A stretch of DNA of 64,000 nucleotides from IMG/VR virus record IMGVR_UViG_3300005512_000013. The stretch is one strand, 5' to 3'. The notes beneath the pieces were generated by a model. It did no database searches and was not told the DNA's origin. It saw only the letters and a program-made list of their open reading frames with translations. The position numbers and the translations under genes are program-made. Source of the stretch: an uncultured virus (IMG/VR IMGVR_UViG_3300005512_000013) (Duplodnaviria; Heunggongvirae; Uroviricota; Caudoviricetes). How positions within the stretch are numbered: position 1 is the stretch's first letter; every line of letters starts with the position of its first letter. Below, one piece after another: positions 20,065-29,762 of the stretch.

Positions 20065-21003
20065 TCAAACCTCATATCGAATGAAGAGATCCCCAACCTG
20101 GCGGTACGTAGCGGTCTGCCAGGCTGCGGGAGGGGCCCCCGAGCCAGTGGCGATTTCCACAGCTCGTCGGGCGACGTAGTCAGCACCGTCGTAGCTAATG
20201 GTATCGCCTTCAGCGGCGGGGGAGATAGTAGAGAGGTCAACGTCGGCGAGTTCGCCAATGTCCATGTCAGGGATAGTCCCTGCAGGGTCGGCGCCCACGT
20301 CCGCATAGTCGAGGACGACGTTACCGGTTTCGCCGTTGACCGAGAGGACCTCATTGAGGCCTCCCGTAGTGGAGTCAGTGATGACTCCGTCAGCGCCGAT
20401 CGTGAGGATCGCGCCGTCGTTAGTCAGGTTAATGTTTACATCACCGAGGTTGTTGATCGACTCAGTGCCAAGGTCGACTTCCGAAGAATCGGAGGAGGTA
20501 CCGAAGACGGTCTGCTCCTGAGCCGCGAAGAGCAGCTGCTGGACCCCAGCGTTGAGCTGGCCCGAGGAGAGTCGGGAGCCGGCCTGGAAGTCTACGACTG
20601 GGTTACTAACATTCACCGAGCGCCGAACCTTTACGGGGTTCACGGCGTTGATCAGGGTGAAGTCGGGGTAGACATAATCAGTCTCGACGCCTTGCCCATC
20701 CGTCACAGTGACAGTTGCACCCGAAAGGGCAACGCCGTCAACAGTGACAGCCTGAGCGCCGGTGGAGAAGGTGAGGTAAACCTCGTCCAGGTTGTAGATC
20801 TGCTCACGAATGGAAGCCGTAAGCTCCGCAGTCTGAACAGGATCCCCGCCTGGGGTCTCAACGGTGACCACTTCCCAGCGCACACGAATCTGCGACTGGT
20901 CAGGGAAGTCATCCGAAGTTTGGATAGTTGCATAGGAAAAAGTGTTGCCCGCAGGAGGTGAGGTATACTCAACCTCGAGGGACACGCCGTCTGTATAAGC
21001 CAT
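20065..21003 (-). CDS. Tail fibre/adaptor with T7 gp17-like N-terminal anchor
   Basis: VRRSV...VDFQAGSRL...QLLFAAQE; VLSVNGETGNVVL fibre repeat; directly follows tail tubular protein B. Confidence 0.8.
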   Translation of the reverse strand: MAYTDGVSLEVEYTSPPAGNTFSYATIQTSDDFPDQSQIRVRWEVVTVETPGGDPVQTAELTASIREQIYNLDEVYLTFSTGAQAVTVDGVALSGATVTVTDGQGVETDYVYPDFTLINAVNPVKVRRSVNVSNPVVDFQAGSRLSSGQLNAGVQQLLFAAQEQTVFGTSSDSSEVDLGTESINNLGDVNINLTNDGAILTIGADGVITDSTTGGLNEVLSVNGETGNVVLDYADVGADPAGTIPDMDIGELADVDLSTISPAAEGDTISYDGADYVARRAVEIATGSGAPPAAWQTATYRQVGDLFIRYEV

Positions 21004-21027
21004 GTTGGCCTCCATTAGGTTAGGGGT

Positions 21028-21061
21028 AAAAGGCCAGGCCTTCCGCTAGGGAAGCCCAGCC
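21028..21061 (-). terminator. Intrinsic terminator-like hairpin
   Basis: Minus strand GGCTGGGCTTCCC-TAGC-GGAAGGCCTGGCC followed by TTTT. Confidence 0.55.
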
Positions 21062-21074
21062 GCACAAGGGGAGA

Positions 21075-23699
21075 TCAGCGGTTAAAGGAAGAGTACTTCT
21101 CGTTGAAGATACCCTTCAGCTGAATCTGTGTAATGTTCACCGGGTTCGGTGTAGTAGAAACAATCTCAATTATCGACTCGTCTGCATTACCAAAGATCTT
21201 GGCTATGCTCTCACCGCGTACTTCGCGGTTAGACATGGTCAGAGGATCAAGTCCCAACGTCTCGTCCAGCTCCATAGGAGTGAACGTCGTCGGGACATGG
21301 CGTCGACCACGGATCTCAGTCTCAACATAGTACTGGCCCGAGTTCGAGTGCTGCGTATGCATAGACCTCAAGCTAAGGAGGCCGTCGATCACGTTGTTCT
21401 GCTGGTCCCTCTGGTAGAGGGGAGACAGAGTAATGACCATAGAATAGTTTCGTCCGAGATAGAGCGTAAGCCCGTCATCGAGGCGACCGGAGATCTTGAC
21501 ATGAGTCTCGCCCGGGGTGTCCCGGTTGAATTCCTTAGTAGTCAGGATGATGCCACCCTCATTGAACTTCTCGGTCATACCCTCGGGGGTAGGCTCGTAG
21601 CCCGTGATGACAACATCGTTGTCCTTATCAGCGGTATGAGGGAAGACAACCTCAGTCGTGTTGGTGGAGTCGTCGTATGTAGACGTAACGCCTTCCTCCA
21701 CGATCAAGGTCTCGGCATCGTCAAGCCACACATGGCTACCAGCATCCTCTCGGAACCGCTGGGAGTACATGGAATAGACGTTATCTTCATCCTTGGTAAG
21801 GAAGTAGATCTCCTCTTCGTGAGCCTTCATGGACTCAATGTTCTTGTCGTAATTGAGACGGAAGAAGGCATTCTGCAACAGCTGATCGCCTTGGAAGCGG
21901 TTGGTGTAGCAGTACACATCACCTCGGTGGTCGCTATCAGTCATGAGCAGCGTTTCGTATGCGTTACACACAGCAAGAGAACCGTAGTTCACCGGCAGGT
22001 AGTTAGGCACATGCTTTGAGACCTCAGCCGCTCGCTGCACAGTCACAGCGGAGCTTGGCATGTAAATATACAATCTCCTATCATCAAAGAAGTACACCTG
22101 GTTACCCATGAGCAGCGGGTCAGTCACCGACGAGGTCGAGTAGAATGACTCAGAGGACAGGGCAGCAGTGTACGGAGTGATCTGGTTCTCGGATCCCTCA
22201 AGAGCGAACTGAACATCAGCGCCAGTGTTGACAAAGATGTACGACTCGAAGGGGGTGAGCGAGACCACAGGGGTATACTTATTCGAGGACAGCTGGACGT
22301 CGATGGGATCAGTGTCCACCACCAACGAAGGATCAGCCAGGAAGAAGTTACCGTAGTCGTTCGTCTCCGAGGAGAACACCGTATCCCCGATGGCATACCA
22401 CAGCCGGTTACGGAAGATAGCCATGGCGGTGATCGGAGCCTGAGCTCCGTTCTTCCACGCCGTGGGACCGGGATTGCTGTCAGAGTCACCTGCAACACGA
22501 GTGTCGTAGGTACCAGCTTCGAGGTTCCAGGTGTTACCACCACCGGTAGGGATGAGCACGCAGGGCATGCGGTTGTTGTCCAGCCTAGAGAAGGCATCTG
22601 GAGAACGAATCTTCATAAGGTATGGGGACTCAGTGGACGAGCGTACGATGTAGTAGCCCGGCTCAGATCCGCCATATCCGTTTTCGAAATAATAAATCTT
22701 ACCCTTACCACCATCGCCGACACCTCTGCCGTTAGCCCCATCGCCGAGCTCGTCGGCATACAAGGCGGCAAGCATAGTCTCAGCACCATTCCACGCCAGT
22801 ACATCATCTCCCGGAGGAGGCAGCTTCACGTGGCTGATATCAGGGAGGGACTGACCGAGGTACGACTTCGAGGAGTCAGGGTACCGGAAGTCCTGGACAG
22901 AGATCCGAGCCGTGACCCGGCCGGAGTCCACCCAGTGAGTGGCTCCACCGTAGTTAGCATCGGTGTTATTCGTCGAGGAGATGTCAGCCTTCGCTCGCCA
23001 GATAGTAGCGCCAGTGCCCAGGGCAGGCTTATAGACTTCCTGTCCGCCGGCGTAGGCTCGGCCTTCAACCCAGATAAGGGCGGTGCCCTCGGGGTCCGTA
23101 GCAGAGGCCGTCTCGTAAGTGACAGGCTTACCAAGGACATCGTCGTTGGCAGTCTCAACACCATCGAGGCCGAACAGCTTACCGTCAGCGTCCGAGCTGT
23201 ACCCGGTATGCACCAGTTTGTTGAGGATCAGTAGGCGAGGACCGATCGAGATGATCGACAACGCTTCTTTTGCCTCATTGGTACCATTACCATAGCGGAT
23301 GTACTCCGCCAGGCCAACGTCGGGCGTGATCTGAACGATCTCTCTAAGAGTAGGACTGCCGCCGTTGTGCGTCATCTCATGCACGAAGATCAAAGGATCT
23401 CCAGGCGACGACTTGTAGTCAATAGAGATAAGGTACACTAGGTTCGGGGTCAGATCAAACCAGTAGTGGAACATGTCCTCCGACGTAGCCGGAAGACCCA
23501 GGTCACCCTTGGTGGTAAAGGTGGTATTATTAACGTGTCTGCAAGGAACATGGCGAGTGCCCGGCCGCTTCTCAGCTGACCGCTCCACCGTGATGACGGT
23601 GTTGATGAGCTCCTGTGCTTCTGTGGGGAGGCGCTTAGTAGCAGCCTGACGTCCCACGCCGTCCTTCAGAGAACGGATGAACAAGTTGACAGGTGGCAA
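21075..23699 (-). CDS. Tail tubular protein B (gp12-like nozzle)
   Basis: 874 aa; N-terminal GVGRQ..AEKRPG, internal FRNRL..SET..FF..DTDPID; TTG start with GGAGG RBS. Confidence 0.9.
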   Translation of the reverse strand: MPPVNLFIRSLKDGVGRQAATKRLPTEAQELINTVITVERSAEKRPGTRHVPCRHVNNTTFTTKGDLGLPATSEDMFHYWFDLTPNLVYLISIDYKSSPGDPLIFVHEMTHNGGSPTLREIVQITPDVGLAEYIRYGNGTNEAKEALSIISIGPRLLILNKLVHTGYSSDADGKLFGLDGVETANDDVLGKPVTYETASATDPEGTALIWVEGRAYAGGQEVYKPALGTGATIWRAKADISSTNNTDANYGGATHWVDSGRVTARISVQDFRYPDSSKSYLGQSLPDISHVKLPPPGDDVLAWNGAETMLAALYADELGDGANGRGVGDGGKGKIYYFENGYGGSEPGYYIVRSSTESPYLMKIRSPDAFSRLDNNRMPCVLIPTGGGNTWNLEAGTYDTRVAGDSDSNPGPTAWKNGAQAPITAMAIFRNRLWYAIGDTVFSSETNDYGNFFLADPSLVVDTDPIDVQLSSNKYTPVVSLTPFESYIFVNTGADVQFALEGSENQITPYTAALSSESFYSTSSVTDPLLMGNQVYFFDDRRLYIYMPSSAVTVQRAAEVSKHVPNYLPVNYGSLAVCNAYETLLMTDSDHRGDVYCYTNRFQGDQLLQNAFFRLNYDKNIESMKAHEEEIYFLTKDEDNVYSMYSQRFREDAGSHVWLDDAETLIVEEGVTSTYDDSTNTTEVVFPHTADKDNDVVITGYEPTPEGMTEKFNEGGIILTTKEFNRDTPGETHVKISGRLDDGLTLYLGRNYSMVITLSPLYQRDQQNNVIDGLLSLRSMHTQHSNSGQYYVETEIRGRRHVPTTFTPMELDETLGLDPLTMSNREVRGESIAKIFGNADESIIEIVSTTPNPVNITQIQLKGIFNEKYSSFNR

Positions 23700-23710
23700 G
23701 GCTCACCTCC

Positions 23711-24379
23711 TCAAGTAGTAGGATCGTTGGGACCAGTTCGGAACTGATCCGTGTTATAATATTGGTTACGGCCGTATAGCATCTTGAGAACAGGCAGCGT
23801 ACCATCCCGGAGGATAGAGTATGACTTATCCTGAGCGTCCTCGCCCTTAGCCTTGGCCGTGTACTTCATCTCGAGCTGAGCGAGATAGTTGTCCGTACCG
23901 GCGTCACCGTTGGAGAGCATCTGGTACTCTCGGGACGCCTGCATAACGACTGCCTTCTGGATTGCAGTAGACATATCTTCCCAGTCCATGGTGACAATGT
24001 ACTTAAGGTTGTACACTTCGCCGTTACTGTGAGGGAACACGTCGGTATCATCCGTCAGGTTATAGAGGTAGCCGCCTCTAGAGACGACACGACAGATGGC
24101 ACCAACCTGAGGCTCGGTCACGGCCTTGGGAGGGTTAAGCATAGTACAGTCGATCGAATCAGCGCGAAGCTTAATTCGTCCGGTGAGGCCCGTAGCCACC
24201 TGCTCAACGAGCTGGTTCTCTGCGAGTCCTCTCTGCTGGTAGTCAGCAGTCTTCTGGTCCAGCAAGAATTCTGCAATGCTGGTATCAATGCCGCTCTGAT
24301 TATTCAAGTCAGCGACAATCATTTCTCCACTGTAAAGAAGCATGGAGTTGATTGCATCTAGTCTAGTCATAGCTCCCAT
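23711..24379 (-). CDS. Tail tubular protein A (gp11-like)
   Basis: LDAINSML..GE and RGGYLYN motifs; directly after the capsid gene. Confidence 0.88.
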   Translation of the reverse strand: MGAMTRLDAINSMLLYSGEMIVADLNNQSGIDTSIAEFLLDQKTADYQQRGLAENQLVEQVATGLTGRIKLRADSIDCTMLNPPKAVTEPQVGAICRVVSRGGYLYNLTDDTDVFPHSNGEVYNLKYIVTMDWEDMSTAIQKAVVMQASREYQMLSNGDAGTDNYLAQLEMKYTAKAKGEDAQDKSYSILRDGTLPVLKMLYGRNQYYNTDQFRTGPNDPTT

Positions 24380-24404
24380 AAGGAAACTCCTTTATAATAA
24401 ATTT

Positions 24405-24438
24405 AAAAGCCAAGCCCCCCACTTAAGAGGAGCTTAGC
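24405..24438 (-). terminator. T-phi-like terminator after the capsid gene
   Basis: Minus strand GCTAAGCTCCTC-loop-GGGGGGCTTGGC followed by TTTT. Confidence 0.6.
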
Positions 24439-24492
24439 GACGGGGGTCCCAGTCGCCTAGATAGCAGCGACCCAGCCATGGTAGCTGGCACA

Positions 24493-24524
24493 AAGACGGG
24501 ACCCGAGGTTTCCCCCGGGTCCCG
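24493..24524 (-). terminator. Strong hairpin after the capsid gene
   Basis: Minus strand CGGGACCCGGGG-GAAA-CCTCGGGTCCCG followed by TCTTT. Confidence 0.55.
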
Positions 24525-24594
24525 CTAGATCTGTTGATCACCTACTCTCTGTGTGTAATGGAGAAATAACCCATAGCACTAACAGAGAATAGTA

Positions 24595-25818
24595 TCAGAC
24601 CGTGTTGATGTATTCCTGAGTCATGTTGAGGTCGGAACGAAGCGCAGCCTTGGTGACCGAGCCCGCAGGTGCGGTCGTGACGACAGCAGCACACTCGGGA
24701 CGAAGCACACCCGTGCCACCCATCATGCTGGCGACGGTGAAGACGGTGTTGCGACGGATGTCGTCAACGGTGTCGACCTTGAGGCCAGTGCTGTTGAGCT
24801 GAGCGACGGCCTTGGGCTGCCAGATGACAGCCTTCACGCCGGCGGTACCAAACTTCAGGTTGTATCGGCTTTCACCGATCTCGTCCTGGACCGCCGTATC
24901 GGCGTCGAAGTTGGGGAGGTGGTTCGTCTTGATGATCGTCACACCCATGTACTCGAGACGGTCCGAGAGGCTCATCATGCCGTCACGGAGACCAGCACCG
25001 AGACCACCGGCGTCAGCCACGCCACCGAAGAACGGACGGCCAGAGCCACCGACGAGGTCGGCAGCTTCGCGGGCCACGCCGAGCGCGCGGATGTCGTGGA
25101 AGGTACGGGGATCGACCGCGCAGAAGACGGAACCAGTGTCGGCGTCGATCTCCTGGAGGTGGACCATGAAGTCCTCAAGCTTGCTGAGGAGCAGCAGCGC
25201 CGCCGAAGCGTCACCGGTGCCGAGGTTCGCGAAGGCCGCGTCCGCGTAGAGCGGGCTGTCGGCGAGCGAGTTGCGCCAGCCGGAAGCGACCGAGGCGAGA
25301 CGGGGATCGTCGGCGAGGACGCCTTCGGCGGCCGCACGGACGAGGTACGCACCGACCTGGAGGTCACGCGCGTTGGCGAGGGTCTGACCAGCCTGTCGCG
25401 CGAGTTCCGAACGGTACTCCCACTGGCTGATCATGAGGTCGATGTTGTCAAGCTCGAAGTGGGTCGCGATGGGACGGGCGTCCAGCTGGACCGCGATGGT
25501 CTTCGAGGTGTGCTCGTTGGTGTTACCAACCAGCTCTTCACCAGCACCCCAGGCGGGCTTGAGAGCGACGGTACCCATGATCGGGAACTCGGCGACTCGG
25601 CCGCTGGCGATGGTGCGGCTCTCGGTGGCGGAGCCGAAGCAACGGTACTGCTCATACGCAGTCATCACTTCGCCCGACCAGATGGGGAGCCAGAGCTTGT
25701 TGGTTCCGGCGGAACCGCCGGTGGTGGCCGAAAGGTCGGCGGCCGCGTCACGTCCGAAGACGCCGTGGACATCAAAGGCGACGTTAGTGCCGACGCCCGA
25801 AGAGGGGGAAACTGCCAT
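24595..25818 (-). CDS. Major capsid protein (gp10-like)
   Basis: LWLPIWSGEVMTAY, RTIASGRVAEFP, RSELARQAGQTLA..D and C-terminal GTGVLRPECA. Confidence 0.95.
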   Translation of the reverse strand: MAVSPSSGVGTNVAFDVHGVFGRDAAADLSATTGGSAGTNKLWLPIWSGEVMTAYEQYRCFGSATESRTIASGRVAEFPIMGTVALKPAWGAGEELVGNTNEHTSKTIAVQLDARPIATHFELDNIDLMISQWEYRSELARQAGQTLANARDLQVGAYLVRAAAEGVLADDPRLASVASGWRNSLADSPLYADAAFANLGTGDASAALLLLSKLEDFMVHLQEIDADTGSVFCAVDPRTFHDIRALGVAREAADLVGGSGRPFFGGVADAGGLGAGLRDGMMSLSDRLEYMGVTIIKTNHLPNFDADTAVQDEIGESRYNLKFGTAGVKAVIWQPKAVAQLNSTGLKVDTVDDIRRNTVFTVASMMGGTGVLRPECAAVVTTAPAGSVTKAALRSDLNMTQEYINTV

Positions 25819-25961
25819 TGTAGTTAATCCTTAGTTGAAACATTAAATCAATAATAAAGTAATCTGATTAGTAGCTATACTTTGATGGTGGCTGGGGGTT
25901 ATCCTAGTCAAGGGCCCTCCGCAACCAGCGAACAGGGGCTCGGGCACAACGGCCCAGCATG

Positions 25962-26822
25962 TCAGCTGATCTTGGTCCAGTCAGTCATCGCCGCTCGGCT
26001 ATTGACCTGATTAGTATAAGTCGCGTCCTTCCCATACTTTGGGTCGGCACGCAGTGCAGCAAACTCATTGACCGAGCCGAAGCCACGGATCGCTTCGCTT
26101 GCTGCGGGGTTCGCAGTAGTAACCTTGTGCGTCATCTCCTGCGCCTTAGGGGCAGAAGCTGCTGCTCGATCGTACTGCGCTTCGAGGCCACGAAGAGTGA
26201 CTTCCCAAGCTGGGCCTGCGAGCCCGGCGTTGACCTGCTCACGTGCGGTCTCGTCCAGGTTATTCGACGCCCAACCAAAGATCTTCGCGATCCTCTCATC
26301 ACCTCCGACCACCTCAGCAGCAGCAGTCATTCCCTGCTTAAGCTGGCTCTTGTGGGCGGAGACAAAGTCGTTAATAATATTATCGTTAAAACCGAGGGCC
26401 TTCAGCTCAGCACGAGACTCAGGGGTGACGTCACCGCCACGCATGATCTCGGTCTTCCACTGGCCCCACTTCTCCTCAGACACACCGGTAGGTTCAGCGG
26501 CAGGCTCTGGCTCGGGTTCGGGCTCAGAGATCTGCAGCGTCTCCGGGGCAGGTGCCTCCGGCTCCGGTGCGACTTCGGGTTCAGGAGTAGCTTCTTCAGC
26601 AGGCGCGGCTGCGCCGGCGTGGAACTGCTTCTCCATCTCCATGTAACTCTTAGCGAAAGCTTCCATGTTCACCGAACCATCGGCATTCTGGAACTTCGCG
26701 GGGACACCTTCCATGTGAGCGGTGCCCTTAGCGGCCATAGCCGCATCATATTCTGGTGTGCCAGGCGAAGGCGCAACAGGCGCGACTTCGGTGGCTTCCG
26801 GGGTAGGGGTTTCTTCAGACAT
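25962..26822 (-). CDS. Capsid scaffolding protein (gp9-like)
   Basis: Acidic, Pro-rich; PAKF..AKSYMEME, VGG..WA and DPKY..D motifs; upstream of the capsid gene. Confidence 0.88.
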   Translation of the reverse strand: MSEETPTPEATEVAPVAPSPGTPEYDAAMAAKGTAHMEGVPAKFQNADGSVNMEAFAKSYMEMEKQFHAGAAAPAEEATPEPEVAPEPEAPAPETLQISEPEPEPEPAAEPTGVSEEKWGQWKTEIMRGGDVTPESRAELKALGFNDNIINDFVSAHKSQLKQGMTAAAEVVGGDERIAKIFGWASNNLDETAREQVNAGLAGPAWEVTLRGLEAQYDRAAASAPKAQEMTHKVTTANPAASEAIRGFGSVNEFAALRADPKYGKDATYTNQVNSRAAMTDWTKIS

Positions 26823-26846
26823 ATAATCTCCTTGTGTAAAAATCTA

Positions 26847-27464
26847 TTACTTCTTCTTCTTGATCATAGAGTATGCCTGGGCAACAATCCCAGCATACTC
26901 ATCTGCGTCTGCAATACTAAACAGACCGGTAAGCACATCAGTTGCGTACGACGCGGTGGGGATAGCAGCAGCAAAGTCAGCCTTAGCCGCACCGCTCAGC
27001 TGAAGAATAAAGTCCTCAAGAAGAGCTTCGCGATCTCCACCGGGGATAGCATTTTCGTAAATAAGCTTTGCCCACCCGGGATACTTAGCGATCATAAGAC
27101 TGAGATAGGTAACTTCGTCGGGCACGGTAAACACGGGGCCCGTCTTATCAGCGATTGTGGTGTTTTGAGCGAGAGTGCTCTTCCTTTCAGGAAGGAGATC
27201 ATCGATGCTTTCCTCTTGGTACTTATCTCGGATGGTAGCATCCACGGCAGTATAATCAAAGGAGGTTGCAGCGTCTGCTGCAATAGCAAGAAAACTGTAG
27301 TCTTCTTGAGTAGCCACATCGATATCACTCGCGGGAGTGAAGGTGATTCCTGCATCAGTAGCCATCTGCTCCTGATCCGCCGTACCAAGCCCGTTGAGAT
27401 AAGACTCAAGCGCCGACCGGCGTCCCCGGACATCAGCCGGGAGGTTTGTAAAGATAAATGCCAT
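26847..27464 (-). CDS. Hypothetical protein (205 aa)
   Basis: Tightly packed ORF between the portal and scaffold genes. Confidence 0.6.
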   Translation of the reverse strand: MAFIFTNLPADVRGRRSALESYLNGLGTADQEQMATDAGITFTPASDIDVATQEDYSFLAIAADAATSFDYTAVDATIRDKYQEESIDDLLPERKSTLAQNTTIADKTGPVFTVPDEVTYLSLMIAKYPGWAKLIYENAIPGGDREALLEDFILQLSGAAKADFAAAIPTASYATDVLTGLFSIADADEYAGIVAQAYSMIKKKK

Positions 27465-27745
27465 TATTTCTTTTTAGCCTTTCCGCCCGCACCTTGGCGA
27501 GCTCGGTTCTTGCTTCGGGCTTCAGAGGTAGTTCCTCCACCCTTCTTGTGGGAGACATCCTTGCCATCACCATTGCCGTAGGTACCTGCTTCGCGATTCT
27601 TCTTATTGAGATCGGCGCGGTACTTCTTACGGGCCGGAGTCGAATGATACTTCTTATCATACGCCGCCTTCTTGGCCTTGGCCTTAGGATTCTGTGCATA
27701 ATACTTACTGGACTTAGACTTGCCGCCAGCTTTATCAGCCATCAC
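27464..27745 (-). CDS. Small basic protein with a degenerate HNH-like motif
   Basis: Lys/Arg-rich; GDGKDVSH..SKNRAR. Confidence 0.5.
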   Translation of the reverse strand: MMADKAGGKSKSSKYYAQNPKAKAKKAAYDKKYHSTPARKKYRADLNKKNREAGTYGNGDGKDVSHKKGGGTTSEARSKNRARQGAGGKAKKK

Positions 27746-29406
27746 ATACCTCCTTGTGGCATGCCTGGGGTAAGCCCAGCTTGGTTCATCTGTTCAGTTA
27801 TCATACTGCCAGCCTGAGCAGCACCGGCAGCGCCTGCTGCCTCGCCCATGACTCCTGCCGCAGCGCCGAGGCCCTGCTGTGCAACGCCAGCCGCAGCCTG
27901 CTGCTGCATCTGCTGTGCCTGGAGAGCCATCTGTTCCTGCTGCATCTCTTCCTTCGACTGCACCCAGTTGCGGGGGTCGAAGCCAAGGGCACCAACGAGA
28001 GCTCGGCCGTACTCTTCCCACTGGAACAGCGCAGCTGCATCATCGGGGAGGTTACGAATCATTTCACCAAGCTGCATGAGCTTCTGAAGATCCGAGTCGT
28101 TGGACAGAGCCTGGAGACCGGTAGTAATACTAACCTCCAACCTACCCTCGGGAGTAAACTCCTGAGCAAGGCGAGGATCAATGTCACCGTTCTCAACCAT
28201 GAGGAACACAGCACGTCGGACGATGGGCTCCATGAGATCCTTAGCGATAGCCGAGAAGGCACCGCCAAGAACTTCTTCGAGCTGCTGTCCAGCCATGCGA
28301 ACCTCAGTAGCAGTCACTCGCTCAGCCTGTCGGACTTGGCCCGACTCGTTGAGGAATGCCTTAGCAACAGTCATACGCATTTCCTGCACGGCCTGAGAGA
28401 CAGCCTGCATCTGGTAGCGCAGGGTGTCAGCCGGAGACAGGACCGTCACGTCATCAGGACGGACGGAGAGCCAGGCGCCGTTGGGCTGACCGACAACGTC
28501 GTCCAGCTCAGAGGGCCCGGTGGGGTTCATAATCATCCAGAAAGTAGACGAAGCCGCCTGCCCCTGGAGCATGGTCTCAGTAAGAGCTTCGAGGGTTTGG
28601 ATGTCCCCGAAGTTCTCCTCCACATGGGAGCGACCATAGTTCTCGCTGATCACACCGGACCAGCGGAGAGGGATGATGGGGCAGACAGAGTACTTGCCCT
28701 CATCAATGAACGTGCCATCGGAGTACTCCTTGTGAGAGTACCACACGTCTTCCTCTTCGTCGTGCACCCAGCGGCACAAGATAGTCTTGTAGCCGGTGCG
28801 CGAGAAGGGAGCGTCGCCGGAGTATCCTCCGCCTCCGCCGTAGTGCAGATCGTAGTCGCCCGCAGGCTCGCTTGGATCTGCCAATTCATATTCAAGATAC
28901 ATAATCTCTCGGACCATACCCTTGACGTCCCGACGCACCTGGTACTGATCCAGACGGACCAGCCGGTAGGTGAAGTCATCCTCCATGATGAGGATAGCAT
29001 CGCCGACGACGATGAGAGACTGGAGAAGCTGGAACACCGTGCTTCGCAGGTTCTCCGAAGAGAGCTTGCGGTACACCTGGTAGCTCAGGCTTTCCATCAG
29101 GGTATACGCTTCAGGATCAGGTTCCGTACCATCCTTAAGGGAGAACTGGAAGAAAGGCATATCGTTCAGCGGCATCAGCGCGCTGAGGATACGACTTGCC
29201 ATACCAGTAACACCCTTAGCTGTAGCAGACGAGAACGGCTGGGGCAGTGCGAACTGCTCAGTCCAATTCTCAGGCGGCAGGAGCTGGGGGATAGAAAGCT
29301 GAGCGCATTCGCGAGCGCGAACGAGCTTGGCTCTACGGTCCATGTCCATAGTCGTGAAGCGATTGGCGAGAGTATCCTCAGGATAGTTACCTGCAAGATT
29401 CGCCAT
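27742..29406 (-). CDS. Head-tail connector (portal, gp8-like)
   Basis: GVTGMASRILSALMP..PFF, ENYGRSHVEE..GD and AERVTATEVR. Confidence 0.95.
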   Translation of the reverse strand: MANLAGNYPEDTLANRFTTMDMDRRAKLVRARECAQLSIPQLLPPENWTEQFALPQPFSSATAKGVTGMASRILSALMPLNDMPFFQFSLKDGTEPDPEAYTLMESLSYQVYRKLSSENLRSTVFQLLQSLIVVGDAILIMEDDFTYRLVRLDQYQVRRDVKGMVREIMYLEYELADPSEPAGDYDLHYGGGGGYSGDAPFSRTGYKTILCRWVHDEEEDVWYSHKEYSDGTFIDEGKYSVCPIIPLRWSGVISENYGRSHVEENFGDIQTLEALTETMLQGQAASSTFWMIMNPTGPSELDDVVGQPNGAWLSVRPDDVTVLSPADTLRYQMQAVSQAVQEMRMTVAKAFLNESGQVRQAERVTATEVRMAGQQLEEVLGGAFSAIAKDLMEPIVRRAVFLMVENGDIDPRLAQEFTPEGRLEVSITTGLQALSNDSDLQKLMQLGEMIRNLPDDAAALFQWEEYGRALVGALGFDPRNWVQSKEEMQQEQMALQAQQMQQQAAAGVAQQGLGAAAGVMGEAAGAAGAAQAGSMITEQMNQAGLTPGMPQGGM

Positions 29407-29412
29407 TAGTTA

Positions 29413-29751
29413 TTACTCCGGTCGGGGGTTAATAGAAGTGTTCTTCGCCAGAGCTTCAGCGAATCCACCGGCAGCCATATTATCTGCTGCCTCTTCTTCC
29501 TCATCCTGCGCCGTGATCTCACCTTGGATGGCGAGCTCACCCTGCTGGATGGCAAGTTCCTCGGCGCCCTTCTGAGCGGCGAGCTTTTCTTCACGGGCCT
29601 CTTCATACTCACGCTGTGACGCTTCGTACTCCATAGCCCGCTGGTACTTCTCATCCTCAAGCCGCGCCTGGAACTGCTGTTCCTCGAGCTGCAGCTGGCG
29701 GTACTGCTCTTCAGTCATGCCGCCGTCAACTTTAACTGGTCCACCACCCAT
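29413..29751 (-). CDS. Small virion protein (gp7.3-like position)
   Basis: MGGG start, GGAGG RBS, coiled coil, directly before the portal gene. Confidence 0.5.
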   Translation of the reverse strand: MGGGPVKVDGGMTEEQYRQLQLEEQQFQARLEDEKYQRAMEYEASQREYEEAREEKLAAQKGAEELAIQQGELAIQGEITAQDEEEEAADNMAAGGFAEALAKNTSINPRPE

Positions 29752-29762
29752 GGTGTACCTCC

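Noticed and set aside
24440..24505. HDV-like ribozyme (minus strand GGCGACTGGGAC resembles the HDV 3' end)
   Set aside because: No P3/L3 or P1/P1.1 elements in the required order; the segment folds as simple hairpins.
25959..29409. Long plus-strand ORFs (540 aa and 551 aa, and similar ones elsewhere)
   Set aside because: Antisense shadows of well-supported minus-strand genes, with no motifs or RBS; explained by codon bias.
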